Made by a program: the position numbers and the translations under genes. From Candidatus Latescibacterota bacterium (GTDB taxonomy: Bacteria > Latescibacterota > UBA2968 > UBA8231): DNA of 64,000 nt. Numbering within the stretch: position 1 is the stretch's first letter; each line of letters starts with the position of its first letter. The notes beneath the pieces were generated by a model. That model had not been told where the DNA came from. It did not search any database and saw only the letters and a program-made list of their open reading frames with translations. The DNA is taken from contig CBDETY010000003.1 of assembly GCA_965243025.1 (NCBI GenBank), positions 4,448,001 through 4,512,000 of the forward strand, given 5' to 3'. Positions 11,391 to 20,762 of this stretch are shown piece after piece.

Positions 11391-11953
11391 TCTTCGTTCT
11401 TGATAACTACGATTCCTTTACATACAATCTCGTCCAGTACCTCGGGGAGCTCGGCGCCGAGTTGCAGGTGCACCGGAACGACAGGATCACCGTCGACGAA
11501 GTGGCCGCTCTCCAGCCGGAGAAGATCGTCGTCTCACCGGGCCCCTGTACGCCGAACGAAGCCGGCATTTCGATGGAACTGGCGGTTCGACTCGGCCCGC
11601 AGATACCCCTGCTCGGCGTCTGTCTCGGGCACCAGGCGATCGGCCAGGCCTTCGGCGGTGTCGTCGTCCGCGCCCCCGCCATCATGCACGGAAAGACGTC
11701 GGAAATCCACCACGACGGTCAGCGCCTCTTCGCCGACTTGCCCAACCCCTTCACTGCTACGCGTTACCATTCGCTCGTCGTCGAACGCGGGACCCTTCCC
11801 GACTGTCTCGAGATTGTGGCCGAAACCGACGACCGCGTCATCATGGGCATCCGCCACCGCGATTACCCGGTTCAGGGAGTCCAGTTCCATCCCGAATCGA
11901 TCCTGACCGGGGAAGGCAAGCGGCTGCTCGCGAACTTTCTCAACCAGAACTGA
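11387..11953 (+). CDS. trpG: Anthranilate synthase component II (glutamine amidotransferase)
   Basis: [30 protein letters not shown]. Confidence 0.95.
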
Positions 11954-11979
11954 CCGTCACCGACCAGGAAAGGCGCGTG

Positions 11980-12987
11980 ATGCAGACCGCAATTCAACAG
12001 CTGCTCGACGGCGTGGATCTCGACCGCGACGGCGCCAGGGGAGCGATGGACCAGATCATGAGCGGAGAGGCTACCGACGCCCAGATAGGAGCCTTCCTGA
12101 TCGCCCTGCGCTGCAAGGGGGAAACGGTGACCGAGGTGGCGGGTTTCGCCGAAGCGATGCGCGAGAAGGCGACGCGCATCAGCGGCGGCGGCAGGACGAA
12201 GATCGACACCTGCGGGACCGGGGGGGACGGTTCGGGAACGTTCAACATCTCGACGGCCGTCGCCTTCGTCGCCGCCGGCGCCGGTCTCTGCGTCGCCAAG
12301 CACGGCAACCGCGCCATGTCGAGCCGGTGCGGCTCCGCCGACGTGCTGCTGGAGCTCGGGGTCAACATCGAAGCCGCCCCCGGCAAGGTCTCCGAGTGCC
12401 TCGATGAAGCCGGCATCGGCTTCCTGTTCGCGCCCCTGCTGCACGGGGCGATGAAGCACGCCATCGGCCCTCGCAGGGAGATCGGCACCCGCACGGTGTT
12501 CAACATCCTCGGGCCCCTGACCAATCCGGCCGGCGCCAGGCGGCAGCTGCTCGGCGTCTTCGACGCCGGTCTCACCGGGAAACTGGCCGGGGTGCTGCAG
12601 ATGCTGGGCTCCGAGCGCGCCTACGTCGTCCACGGCAGCGACGGCCTCGACGAGATCACCTCGACCGGGCCTTCGCAGGTCACCGAGCTTAAAGACGGAG
12701 CCCTGAAAACCTTCGCGATCACCCCGGACTGTTTCGGCTTCGAGACGGCGACCGCCGCCGACCTTCAGGGGGGGAACGCCGCGGACAACGCCGCCATTCT
12801 GCGGTCCGTTCTCGAAGGCAAGCCGGGGCCTGCCAGGGACGTCGTGGTGATGAATGCCGCCGCGGCCGTTGCCGCCGGCGACCTGGCGGAGGACCTGCCT
12901 TCGGGCGCCGCCGTGGCCGAGGAGAGCATCGCCTCAGGCGCGGCCCTCGCGGCCCTGGAAAAGCTGGTCGAAGTCAGCAACTCATAG
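11980..12987 (+). CDS. trpD: Anthranilate phosphoribosyltransferase
   Basis: DTCGTGGDG, FNIST, KHGNR, RTVFNILGPLTNP. Confidence 0.95.
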   Translation: MQTAIQQLLDGVDLDRDGARGAMDQIMSGEATDAQIGAFLIALRCKGETVTEVAGFAEAMREKATRISGGGRTKIDTCGTGGDGSGTFNISTAVAFVAAGAGLCVAKHGNRAMSSRCGSADVLLELGVNIEAAPGKVSECLDEAGIGFLFAPLLHGAMKHAIGPRREIGTRTVFNILGPLTNPAGARRQLLGVFDAGLTGKLAGVLQMLGSERAYVVHGSDGLDEITSTGPSQVTELKDGALKTFAITPDCFGFETATAADLQGGNAADNAAILRSVLEGKPGPARDVVVMNAAAAVAAGDLAEDLPSGAAVAEESIASGAALAALEKLVEVSNS

Positions 12988-13144
12988 TGTCCCTCTATCC
13001 CGATATCAGACCGCTCGCACCCCGCAGGGGCGCGGCGCGGCTCCCCCAGGCGTTTTTCCAGCCAGGCCCTGCGGCGGCCGAACCGCAGCGGTCGATCTCC
13101 GGGACGAGACGCCGGGGGGATTTTCCGGAATTGGTCCGGGAAGC

Positions 13145-13939
13145 ATGACCGTCGCCAAAGAGACCGATATCCTGCGGGAGATCGCCGCCTGCAAGCGCGA
13201 TTTCGTGGCGCGCGCCAAGGGGGAAAGGTCGCTTGCGGATGTGCGCTCGCACGCGCGGGACTGCCCGGAGCCCCTCGACTTCCGCGGCGCCCTGACCGAA
13301 GAGGATGTCGCCCTGATCGCGGAAATCAAGAAGGCATCTCCATCGAAGGGGTTGATCCGCGCCGATTTCGCCCCCGCCGAGATCGCCGCCACCTACGCCG
13401 GAAGCGGGGCAAGCGCGTTGTCGGTGCTTACCGACGAGGCGTATTTTCAGGGATCCGACGCCGATCTGCAGGCGGCGCGCGCCGCTTCCGGGCTGCCGGT
13501 GCTGCGCAAGGATTTCACCGTCGACCAGTACCAGCTGCACGAAGCCCGCGTCATCGGCGCCGACGCGGTGCTCCTGATCGTCGCGCTGATGGACGGCGGG
13601 CAGCTGGAGGACTTCCTCGGGATCGGGCGCGAGCTCGGACTGGCGGTGCTCGTCGAGGTTCACTGCCGCGAGGAGATGCGGCGCGCCCTGGCGGTCGGCG
13701 CCGACCTGGTCGGCGTCAACAACCGCGACCTCAGGACCTTCACCACCACCCTGGAAACGACATTCGAGCTGCTGCCGCTGATCGGCGGCGATGCCGTCAC
13801 GGTCAGCGAGAGCGGCATCAATTCCCGCGCCGACGTCGAGGCTGTCGGCGAAGCCGGGGCCGACGCGGTGCTGGTCGGCGAAGCCCTGATGCGCGAGCCG
13901 GACATCGGCGCCAAGGTCAGCGAACTGCTCGCCAGGTAG
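13145..13939 (+). CDS. trpC: Indole-3-glycerol phosphate synthase
   Basis: IAEIKKASPSKG, SVLTD, LRKDF, GVNNRDL, SESGI. Confidence 0.95.
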   Translation: MTVAKETDILREIAACKRDFVARAKGERSLADVRSHARDCPEPLDFRGALTEEDVALIAEIKKASPSKGLIRADFAPAEIAATYAGSGASALSVLTDEAYFQGSDADLQAARAASGLPVLRKDFTVDQYQLHEARVIGADAVLLIVALMDGGQLEDFLGIGRELGLAVLVEVHCREEMRRALAVGADLVGVNNRDLRTFTTTLETTFELLPLIGGDAVTVSESGINSRADVEAVGEAGADAVLVGEALMREPDIGAKVSELLAR

Positions 13940-13947
13940 GAATTCAA

Positions 13948-14934
13948 GTGGCCAGAAAAAGAGTCCTTTCCGGCATCCAGCCGAGCGGCGAGCCCCACAT
14001 AGGCAACCTGATCGGCGCCATCGCCCACTGGGTAGCCGACCAGGAGGAGTACGAGAATTTCTTCTGCATCGTCGATCAGCACGCCATCACGGTCGACTAC
14101 GACCCCGGGGAGCTCAGGGAGAACACGCGGCTTATGGCCGCCGTTCTCCTGGCCGCCGGCATCGACCCGGAGCGCAGCGTCCTGTTCGTGCAGTCCCACG
14201 TGCCCGAGCACACCGAGCTCACCTGGCTGCTCACCTGCGTGACCCCCATGGGCTGGCTGCAGCGGATGACGCAGTTCAAGGACAAGGCCGGGGACCGCGA
14301 TGAAGCGATCGGCACCGGGCTCTTCGCCTACCCCGTGCTCATGGCTGCCGACATCCTCATCTACCATGCGGACGCGGTTCCGGTCGGCGAGGATCAGAAG
14401 CAGCACGTCGAGCTCGCCCGCGACATCGCCAATCGCTTCAACAACCGCTTCGGAAAGGTGTTCACCGTACCCGAGCCTCTGATCCGGCCCGTGGGGGCGC
14501 GGGTAATGGGTCTGGACGACCCCACCAGGAAGATGTCGAAATCCGAAGGAGGCAGGTACCACGCCATCGGCCTTCTCGACGACCCGAAGGAGATACGGAG
14601 GAAACTGGCGCGGGCGGTAACCGACTCGGAGCGGGAGATCGTCTTCAATCCCCGCCGCCCCGGGCTCTTCAACCTGCTGACGATTTACCGGGCCCTGTCC
14701 GGGCTCGGCGAGGAGGAGATCGAGGACCGGTTCCGGGACAAGGGGTACGGAGACCTCAAGGGTGAGCTCGCCGACCTCGTGATCGAGACGCTGGCGCCGC
14801 TGCAGAAGAAGTACCGCGAGATAACCGCAGATCCGCAGTACCTGGACGGGATCCTGGAGCAGGGGGCGGGAAAGGCAGGCCCCGTCGTCGATGGGACTAT
14901 GGATCGCGTGCGCTCGGTGATGGGTTTTCGCTAG
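13948..14934 (+). CDS. trpS: Tryptophan-tRNA ligase
   Basis: SGIQPSG, HIGN, YPVLMAADIL, VPVGEDQ, KMSKS. Confidence 0.96.
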   Translation: MARKRVLSGIQPSGEPHIGNLIGAIAHWVADQEEYENFFCIVDQHAITVDYDPGELRENTRLMAAVLLAAGIDPERSVLFVQSHVPEHTELTWLLTCVTPMGWLQRMTQFKDKAGDRDEAIGTGLFAYPVLMAADILIYHADAVPVGEDQKQHVELARDIANRFNNRFGKVFTVPEPLIRPVGARVMGLDDPTRKMSKSEGGRYHAIGLLDDPKEIRRKLARAVTDSEREIVFNPRRPGLFNLLTIYRALSGLGEEEIEDRFRDKGYGDLKGELADLVIETLAPLQKKYREITADPQYLDGILEQGAGKAGPVVDGTMDRVRSVMGFR

Positions 14935-15156
14935 TGTCCCGTCGCAGAGATAGATTGACAAAATCGGGATGCCGAGGCGCCCGGCTCACAAGGCGCCTGA
15001 GCGAGTCGTACCGAGGGTGTACGGCGAGCGAAGGCAACGCCGTGAGCCGGGATTGAGGGGAAAAATCGCACCGGATGAGGGTTTCATTAAACCGCGATTT
15101 TTCCCCTCAATGGATCGGCATCCCGATGTCGAGATATTTCTGCGACAGGACACTAG
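14931..15156. mobile_element. MITE-like non-autonomous element with 22-bp terminal inverted repeats bounded by CTAG
   Basis: CTAGTGTCCCGTCGCAGAGATA (14931-14952) versus TATTTCTGCGACAGGACACTAG (15135-15156), 2 mismatches; three further perfect internal inverted repeats. Confidence 0.7.
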
Positions 15157-15209
15157 TCCCGGACCGCGGCCGGAAAACGGGGTGATTCCGAACAGGAGCG
15201 CTGTTGCGA

Positions 15210-15467
15210 ATGGACCTCAGTGAGTGGCGTGCCCGCATCGACGAGGTGGACGAAGAGCTGGTCGATCTCATCAACAGGCGGCTCGAGTACGCCGTGGAGA
15301 TAGGCAGGATCAAGCGCGAGGAAGGGTTGGAGGTCCGTGACCCGCAACGGGAGCGCGACCTGTTGCAACGGCTGCGGGAATACAACCAGGGGCCGCTTGG
15401 AGACAGTGCCCTGGTCGACGTTTTCACGCGCCTGATCGCCGAAGCTCGAGAACTCGAGCAGCAGTGA
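15210..15467 (+). CDS. Chorismate mutase (AroQ type)
   Basis: LSEWRARIDEVDEELVDLINRR, IGRIK, RDPQRE; AGGAG RBS. Confidence 0.9.
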   Translation: MDLSEWRARIDEVDEELVDLINRRLEYAVEIGRIKREEGLEVRDPQRERDLLQRLREYNQGPLGDSALVDVFTRLIAEARELEQQ

Positions 15468-15480
15468 CCGGGAATACCGA

Positions 15481-16611
15481 ATGGGGGCAAGCCAGGACGC
15501 AAGCAGAACCGGCGCTTTCGAGCGTATCGCCATTGTAGGGGTCGGCCTGATCGGGGGTTCCCTCGGACTCGCAGTCAGACAGGCCGCCCCCTCGACGCGC
15601 GTCGTCGGCATCAGCCGCGACGAGACCATCGCCAGGGCCCTCGAGCTGCAAGTGCTCGACGAGGGGTATTCCTACGAAGAGCTCGAGGAAGGAATCGCCG
15701 ATGCCGACCTGGTTCTGCTCTGCACCCCGATCCGGCGCATCGTGGAACTCCTCCCCGAGGTGATGCGCTGCGCCCGCGACGGCGCCCTTATTTCGGACGT
15801 CGGCAGCACCAAGCGGGTTATCGCGCGAACCGCGCTCGCCGCAGGCAGAGAGAACGTCCACTTCATAGGCGGGCACCCGATGGCAGGTTCCGAACGGTCG
15901 GGGGTCACCGCCGCCGACCCTTTCCTGTTCCAGAATGCGATCTACATCCTGATACCTGGCGAGGGAGTTCCGGAACCGCTCCATGCCGACCTGCAGCTGC
16001 TTCTGGGGCGTATCGGCGCCCGGGTCGTCGAGCTTTCCGCCGAGATGCACGACCGCGTGGTCGCCGCCATCTCGCACCTTCCGCAGATGCTCGCGACCTC
16101 CCTGGTCGAGATGGTGGGCCGCATGAACGAGGAAGAGGGGGGCCTGTACCTGCCCCTGGCCGCGGGCGGTTTTCGCGACCTGACGCGCATCGCCTCCAGC
16201 CCTTTCGCCCCGGTATGGGAGGACATATGCAGCACCAACGCCGACAGCATTCGCGATCTGATCGACCGCTTCTCCGCAATGCTCGGCGATGTCCGCGCCC
16301 GCGTCGGGGACGAGAGCCTGAAGAGGGACTTCGATTTCGCCAATGAAAAGCGGGCGTCGATTCCCCGCGACGCCAAGGGTTTTCTGCACCGCCTGCACGA
16401 GATCCTCGTCGTCGCCGAGGACAAACCGGGAGTGATTGCCGAAATCGCCGGCAGCCTGGCGGCCGAGAGTCTCAACATCAACGACATCGAGGTCATGAAG
16501 GTGCGCGAGGGCGAGGGGGGCACGATCCGCCTTGGGTTCGACAGCCCCGAAGCTGCCGAGCAGTCGCTGGCGGTGCTTCATGCTCTCGGCTATCAGGCCC
16601 GGTCGCCGTGA
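15481..16611 (+). CDS. tyrA: Prephenate/arogenate dehydrogenase with C-terminal ACT domain
   Basis: GVGLIGGS, DVGSTK, GGHPMAGSE, HD..SHLP, GFRDLTRIA, EDKPGVIA (ACT). Confidence 0.92.
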   Translation: MGASQDASRTGAFERIAIVGVGLIGGSLGLAVRQAAPSTRVVGISRDETIARALELQVLDEGYSYEELEEGIADADLVLLCTPIRRIVELLPEVMRCARDGALISDVGSTKRVIARTALAAGRENVHFIGGHPMAGSERSGVTAADPFLFQNAIYILIPGEGVPEPLHADLQLLLGRIGARVVELSAEMHDRVVAAISHLPQMLATSLVEMVGRMNEEEGGLYLPLAAGGFRDLTRIASSPFAPVWEDICSTNADSIRDLIDRFSAMLGDVRARVGDESLKRDFDFANEKRASIPRDAKGFLHRLHEILVVAEDKPGVIAEIAGSLAAESLNINDIEVMKVREGEGGTIRLGFDSPEAAEQSLAVLHALGYQARSP

Positions 16612-17933
16612 CCGATTCCAGCCAACCGATTGACAGGAACGGGCAGCGACCGATGAGACAGCGCATATCCGCGGCGCGCAGACTCGAGGGGGAGACGCGC
16701 GTCCCCGGCGAGCGGGACCAGGCCGCCCTGGCTCTGTTGCTGGCGGCGGTTGCCGAAGGTGAGTCGGAGGTCGACAACCTGCCTCCGGGTTCGGAACGCC
16801 TGATTTCGTGGCTGCAGTCGGCCGGCATCGAAACCCGGCGGACCAACTCAAGCGTGGCGATCCGGGGGGCGGGCCCTCATGCCCTCAGCGGCATCGAAGG
16901 CCTCGTCGACCTCACCGACACCGGGACCGCGGCGCTGCCGGCGCTGGCCCTGCTCGCCGGGCAGGGGATCCCCTTGCTTGCCCGGATTCCCGCGGCGCAG
17001 CAGGATTCCTGCACCCGGCTTCTCGAGCTCCTCGGCAGGATGGGAGCGGCCGGCCGAATCGAAGCCGGCGATGTGGTCGGCTTCGACCGCGGCGGCGGCA
17101 TGAAAGGGACCGCTCATCCCGAGACCGACCTCGAGGCGCCGGTTAAGCTGGCGCTGCTGATCGCCGGCCTGTACGGCGAGGGCGTCACCGAAGTCAGGGA
17201 ACCGGCTTCCTCCAGGGACCGGGTCGACGAGCCGCTGGAGCGCCGCGGCGCGGCTGTCTCGCGAAGCCGGCGGGACGGTGCGCGCGCGATCGCGGTGGAG
17301 GGAGGGGCGCATCTTCGGGGAAACCGGGTCTCCGTGCCGGGAGAGCTGCGCCTGGCGCTGCCCCTGGTGGTGGCCGCTTCGAGCCTGAAGGGCTCGAAGG
17401 TCCGCATCGGCAACCTCGAGCTGCGCTCGCCACAGCGCCCGTTCCTCGATCTCCTCCGGCAGATCGGAGGCGAAACCGCTGTCGAAGAAGGAGACGGTGC
17501 TGCCGATCTCGTTGTCGGCGCCGCCAGGCTCAAGGGAACGCGCGTGGCCGGAAGCCGCAGCGAACGCCTCCTGGATCAGATGGAGATGCTGGCTGTGCTG
17601 GCGACCCAGGTGGCCGGTGAGTTCATCATCCGGGACATCGCCTCCCTGCGGCAGGGGGACTTCGACCGGGTCGCTCACCTGGTTTCCGCCCTGCGCAGGA
17701 TCGGGGCGAAAGTCGGGGAGTATCCCGAGGGAATCGTCATCGACGGGGGCAGGCCCCTGACAGGAGACGAGGTCGACTGCAGGAACGACTCCGGACTCGC
17801 GATGGCCTTCGCGGCGGCGGGACTGATCGCCGACGGGGAGATGGTCCTCGCCGACAGCGGCTGCCTGCAAAACGAATTTCCCGGGTTCTGCGATCTGTTG
17901 CAGGTCTTGCAGGTCAAGAAAAAGGAGAGTTGA
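16608..17933 (+). CDS. aroA: EPSP synthase (AroA)-like protein with degenerate catalytic motifs
   Basis: Length, operon position and scaffold motifs (LEGETRVPG, VKLALLIAGL, VTEVREP.SRD, VSVPGE, DRV..LV..L..IGA, AMAFAAAGL) match class II AroA, but substrate-binding motifs are altered. Confidence 0.7.
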   Translation: MTDSSQPIDRNGQRPMRQRISAARRLEGETRVPGERDQAALALLLAAVAEGESEVDNLPPGSERLISWLQSAGIETRRTNSSVAIRGAGPHALSGIEGLVDLTDTGTAALPALALLAGQGIPLLARIPAAQQDSCTRLLELLGRMGAAGRIEAGDVVGFDRGGGMKGTAHPETDLEAPVKLALLIAGLYGEGVTEVREPASSRDRVDEPLERRGAAVSRSRRDGARAIAVEGGAHLRGNRVSVPGELRLALPLVVAASSLKGSKVRIGNLELRSPQRPFLDLLRQIGGETAVEEGDGAADLVVGAARLKGTRVAGSRSERLLDQMEMLAVLATQVAGEFIIRDIASLRQGDFDRVAHLVSALRRIGAKVGEYPEGIVIDGGRPLTGDEVDCRNDSGLAMAFAAAGLIADGEMVLADSGCLQNEFPGFCDLLQVLQVKKKES

Positions 17934-17934
17934 C

Positions 17935-18075
17935 ATGTTTGCGTTGGTTCGCCTGTTCGCGTTGCTCGCCCTGCTTTTCGGCGGCGGCGTGTTGCTGATC
18001 AAGCTGCTCTACGGCGCCAGCTGGAGCGAAAGCCTGGAGATTGCCGACCAGTTCATCGAGGATCTCCTCGGTTGA
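17935..18075 (+). CDS. Small membrane protein (46 aa)
   Basis: AAGGAG RBS; MFALVRLFALLALLFGGGVLLIKLLYGASWSESLEIADQFIEDLLG*; starts 1 nt after the aroA-like stop and its stop overlaps the aroE start. Confidence 0.7.
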   Translation: MFALVRLFALLALLFGGGVLLIKLLYGASWSESLEIADQFIEDLLG

Positions 18076-18923
18076 TCACCTCGCGAACCGGCCTGCTCGG
18101 GGTGATCGGGTTTCCCGTCGAGCACAGCTCCTCGCCGGCGATGCACAACGCCGCGCTCGCCAGGACGGAACTCGATTTCGCCTACCTGCCGTTCGCCGTC
18201 CCCCCGGACCGCGTCGCCGGGGTACCTGTGGCGATGCGGACTCTCGGAATCCGCGGCCTCAACGTCACGGTGCCGCACAAGGTGGCGGTGATGGAGGGGC
18301 TCGACGAGATCTCTGAAGAAGCCCGCGCCATCGGGGCGGTGAACACGATCGCCAACCGGGACGGGCACCTGACCGGGTACAACACCGACGCCGAGGGCGT
18401 CATCGCCAGCCTCCGCGCCGACGGCGGGCTCGACGTCCTGCCCGAGGCGGTGGCGCTGCTCGGGGCCGGAGGCGCCGCCCGCGCGATCCTGTACGCCCTG
18501 CTGCAGGCCGCAGAGGTGAAGGAGGTCACCCTTCACAACCGCACCCTCGAAAAAGCCGAGGCCCTGGCTGCCGATCTCGACCCCGGCTCCCGCCGGGTGC
18601 GCGTCGGTACTCCGGGCCTGGGCGCCGCCTTCGGCGAGGCCGGACTGCTGATCAACGCCACTTCCGTCGGGATGCACCCCGATCCGGAGGCCTCGCCGCT
18701 GCCGGATCCGTCTGTACTTCACGACCGCCTCACGGTCCTCGACATCGTATACAAACCGCGGCGCACGCGGCTGCTGGCGCAGGCCGAGGAGGCCGGAGCA
18801 GCCACCGTCGACGGACTCGGGATGCTCGTTCACCAGGGAGCGCGCGCCTTCGAGATCTGGACCGGTGTGCCGGCTCCCGTCGAGGAAATGAAACAGGCCC
18901 TGCTGAGGCAGGTGGAACCGTGA
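18072..18923 (+). CDS. aroE: Shikimate dehydrogenase
   Basis: HSSSPAMHN, GLNVTVPHK, GAVNT, GYNTD, GAGGAARA, GMLVHQG. Confidence 0.95.
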   Translation: MITSRTGLLGVIGFPVEHSSSPAMHNAALARTELDFAYLPFAVPPDRVAGVPVAMRTLGIRGLNVTVPHKVAVMEGLDEISEEARAIGAVNTIANRDGHLTGYNTDAEGVIASLRADGGLDVLPEAVALLGAGGAARAILYALLQAAEVKEVTLHNRTLEKAEALAADLDPGSRRVRVGTPGLGAAFGEAGLLINATSVGMHPDPEASPLPDPSVLHDRLTVLDIVYKPRRTRLLAQAEEAGAATVDGLGMLVHQGARAFEIWTGVPAPVEEMKQALLRQVEP

Positions 18924-20623
18924 CCAATCCGTTCGCGGAAGAAATACTGGAGAGAACCGGGCGGGCGACCGGCCTCGAACCGGAGGCGCTGAGGGGGTTG
19001 CTGTCGGTGCCGCCTTCGGAAGAGATGGGGGACTACGCGATTCCCTGCTTTACCCTGGCGAAGCAGCTGCGCCGGAACCCGGCGCAGATCGCCGGCGAGG
19101 TTGCCTCCCGGCTGAGCGGGGCGGCCAGCGACCGGATCGAAGGGGTCGAGGCCGCGGGAGGGTACGTCAATTTCAAGCTGAACCGCACCGCCTTCATCCG
19201 CCACACCCTCGGTGAAATCGACGCCATGGGAGACCGCTACGGTTCCGGTGCCCAGGGGAAGGGCAAGACCCTCGCCATCGACTTCGGCGCCCCGAATCTC
19301 GCCAAGCCCTTCGGCATCCAGCACCTGCGCTCCACCGCCATCGGCAACGCCATCCGCCGCATCCACGCCTTCCTCGGCTGGAAGTGCGTCGGCATCAACT
19401 ACTACGGCGACTACGGCGCCAACTTCGGCCAGCTCCTCGCCGCCTACACCTTGTGGGCCGACCCCGACAAGGTCGGAGCCAATCCGGTAGCGGAGCTGTC
19501 CAATCTGTACGTGCGCTTCAACGACGAGGTGAAGAGCCGTCCCGAGCTGGCGGAGGAGTCACGGGCGCGACTCGTCCGGCTCGCCGCCGGCGACGAGGAG
19601 ATGGTCTCCCTGTGGCGGTACTTCGTGGAGGAAGGGCGCCGGGAAGCGGAGCGCATGTACCGCATTCTCGAGGTGGAGTTCGACGACTACCTCGGCGAGA
19701 GCCACTTCGCCGACCGGCTCGACGAGACCATCGCCTTCTTCTCCGAAAAGGGGCTGGCCGAAGAGAGCGAGGGGGCGCTGATCGTCCGCGTCGGGGAGGA
19801 CATCCCCCCCTGCATGCTGCGCACCAGCGCGGGTACGAGCACTTACCACAGCCGCGATCTCGCCGCCCTGCGCTACCGCTGGGAGCGCTACCGGTTCGAC
19901 AAGATGGTCTACGTCACCGACATCCGGCAGCAGCTGCACTTCCGCCAGGTCTTCGGCTCCCTGGAACGGGCCGGGGCCGAATGGACGAGCCGCTGCGTTC
20001 ACGCCCCCTTCGGATTGCTCTCGTTCCGGGGGGAAGCGATGGGAACGCGAAAGGGGAACGCCCTGTTGCTCGAAGACGTGCTCGAGCGGGCCGTCGAGCT
20101 GGCGCGGGAGATCATCTCCGAGAAGAACCCGGAGCTCGCCGCAAGGGAGGAAGTCGCCCGGCAGGTCGGCATAGGGGCGGTGGTGTTCGCCGACGTCAGC
20201 AACCGGCGCACCCGCGACGTGAGCTTTTCCCTCGAGGAGGTGCTCAACTTCGACGGCGAGACCGGACCCTACCTCCAATACACCCACGCGCGCTTCTGCA
20301 GCATCCTGCGGCGGTTCGGCGGACCTCCTGACGGCGGCGACGCCGCCAGACTGGGGGAACCGGCGGAGATGCGGGTCGCCCGGCAGCTCGCGGAGTTTCC
20401 CGCGCAGGTGGCACAGGCCGCCGACGAGAACGAACCTTCCTTCATCGCCGGCTATCTGCTCGACCTGGCCGCGGTCGCCAACAAGATGTACAACGAACTG
20501 CAGGTGCTGGTACCCGGCGACCCCGGGCTCGCCGAGGCGCGTGTCAGGCTGGTCGACGCGGTGCGCGGGGTGCTGCGCACGGGACTGGAGCTTGTCGGGA
20601 TGAAAGCCCCGGAGGAGATGTGA
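18920..20623 (+). CDS. argS: Arginine-tRNA ligase
   Basis: PNLAKPFGIQHLRSTAIG (HIGH region), QQLHFRQVF, MGTRKG, GETGPYLQYTHAR, C-terminal APEEM. Confidence 0.93.
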   Translation: MTNPFAEEILERTGRATGLEPEALRGLLSVPPSEEMGDYAIPCFTLAKQLRRNPAQIAGEVASRLSGAASDRIEGVEAAGGYVNFKLNRTAFIRHTLGEIDAMGDRYGSGAQGKGKTLAIDFGAPNLAKPFGIQHLRSTAIGNAIRRIHAFLGWKCVGINYYGDYGANFGQLLAAYTLWADPDKVGANPVAELSNLYVRFNDEVKSRPELAEESRARLVRLAAGDEEMVSLWRYFVEEGRREAERMYRILEVEFDDYLGESHFADRLDETIAFFSEKGLAEESEGALIVRVGEDIPPCMLRTSAGTSTYHSRDLAALRYRWERYRFDKMVYVTDIRQQLHFRQVFGSLERAGAEWTSRCVHAPFGLLSFRGEAMGTRKGNALLLEDVLERAVELAREIISEKNPELAAREEVARQVGIGAVVFADVSNRRTRDVSFSLEEVLNFDGETGPYLQYTHARFCSILRRFGGPPDGGDAARLGEPAEMRVARQLAEFPAQVAQAADENEPSFIAGYLLDLAAVANKMYNELQVLVPGDPGLAEARVRLVDAVRGVLRTGLELVGMKAPEEM

Positions 20624-20762
20624 GTATGGTCCTCCGGTGGCCGACCATCGATACCTGCGGGTTGCAGGGGAAGCCCCGGCAAGGCGCAGGCTGCCGCGGC
20701 AGTTGCCTTTCGAACATGCCCGGGGGTGGCGGCGCGCAAGCCCTGCCTCCGTCGGCGGGGAA

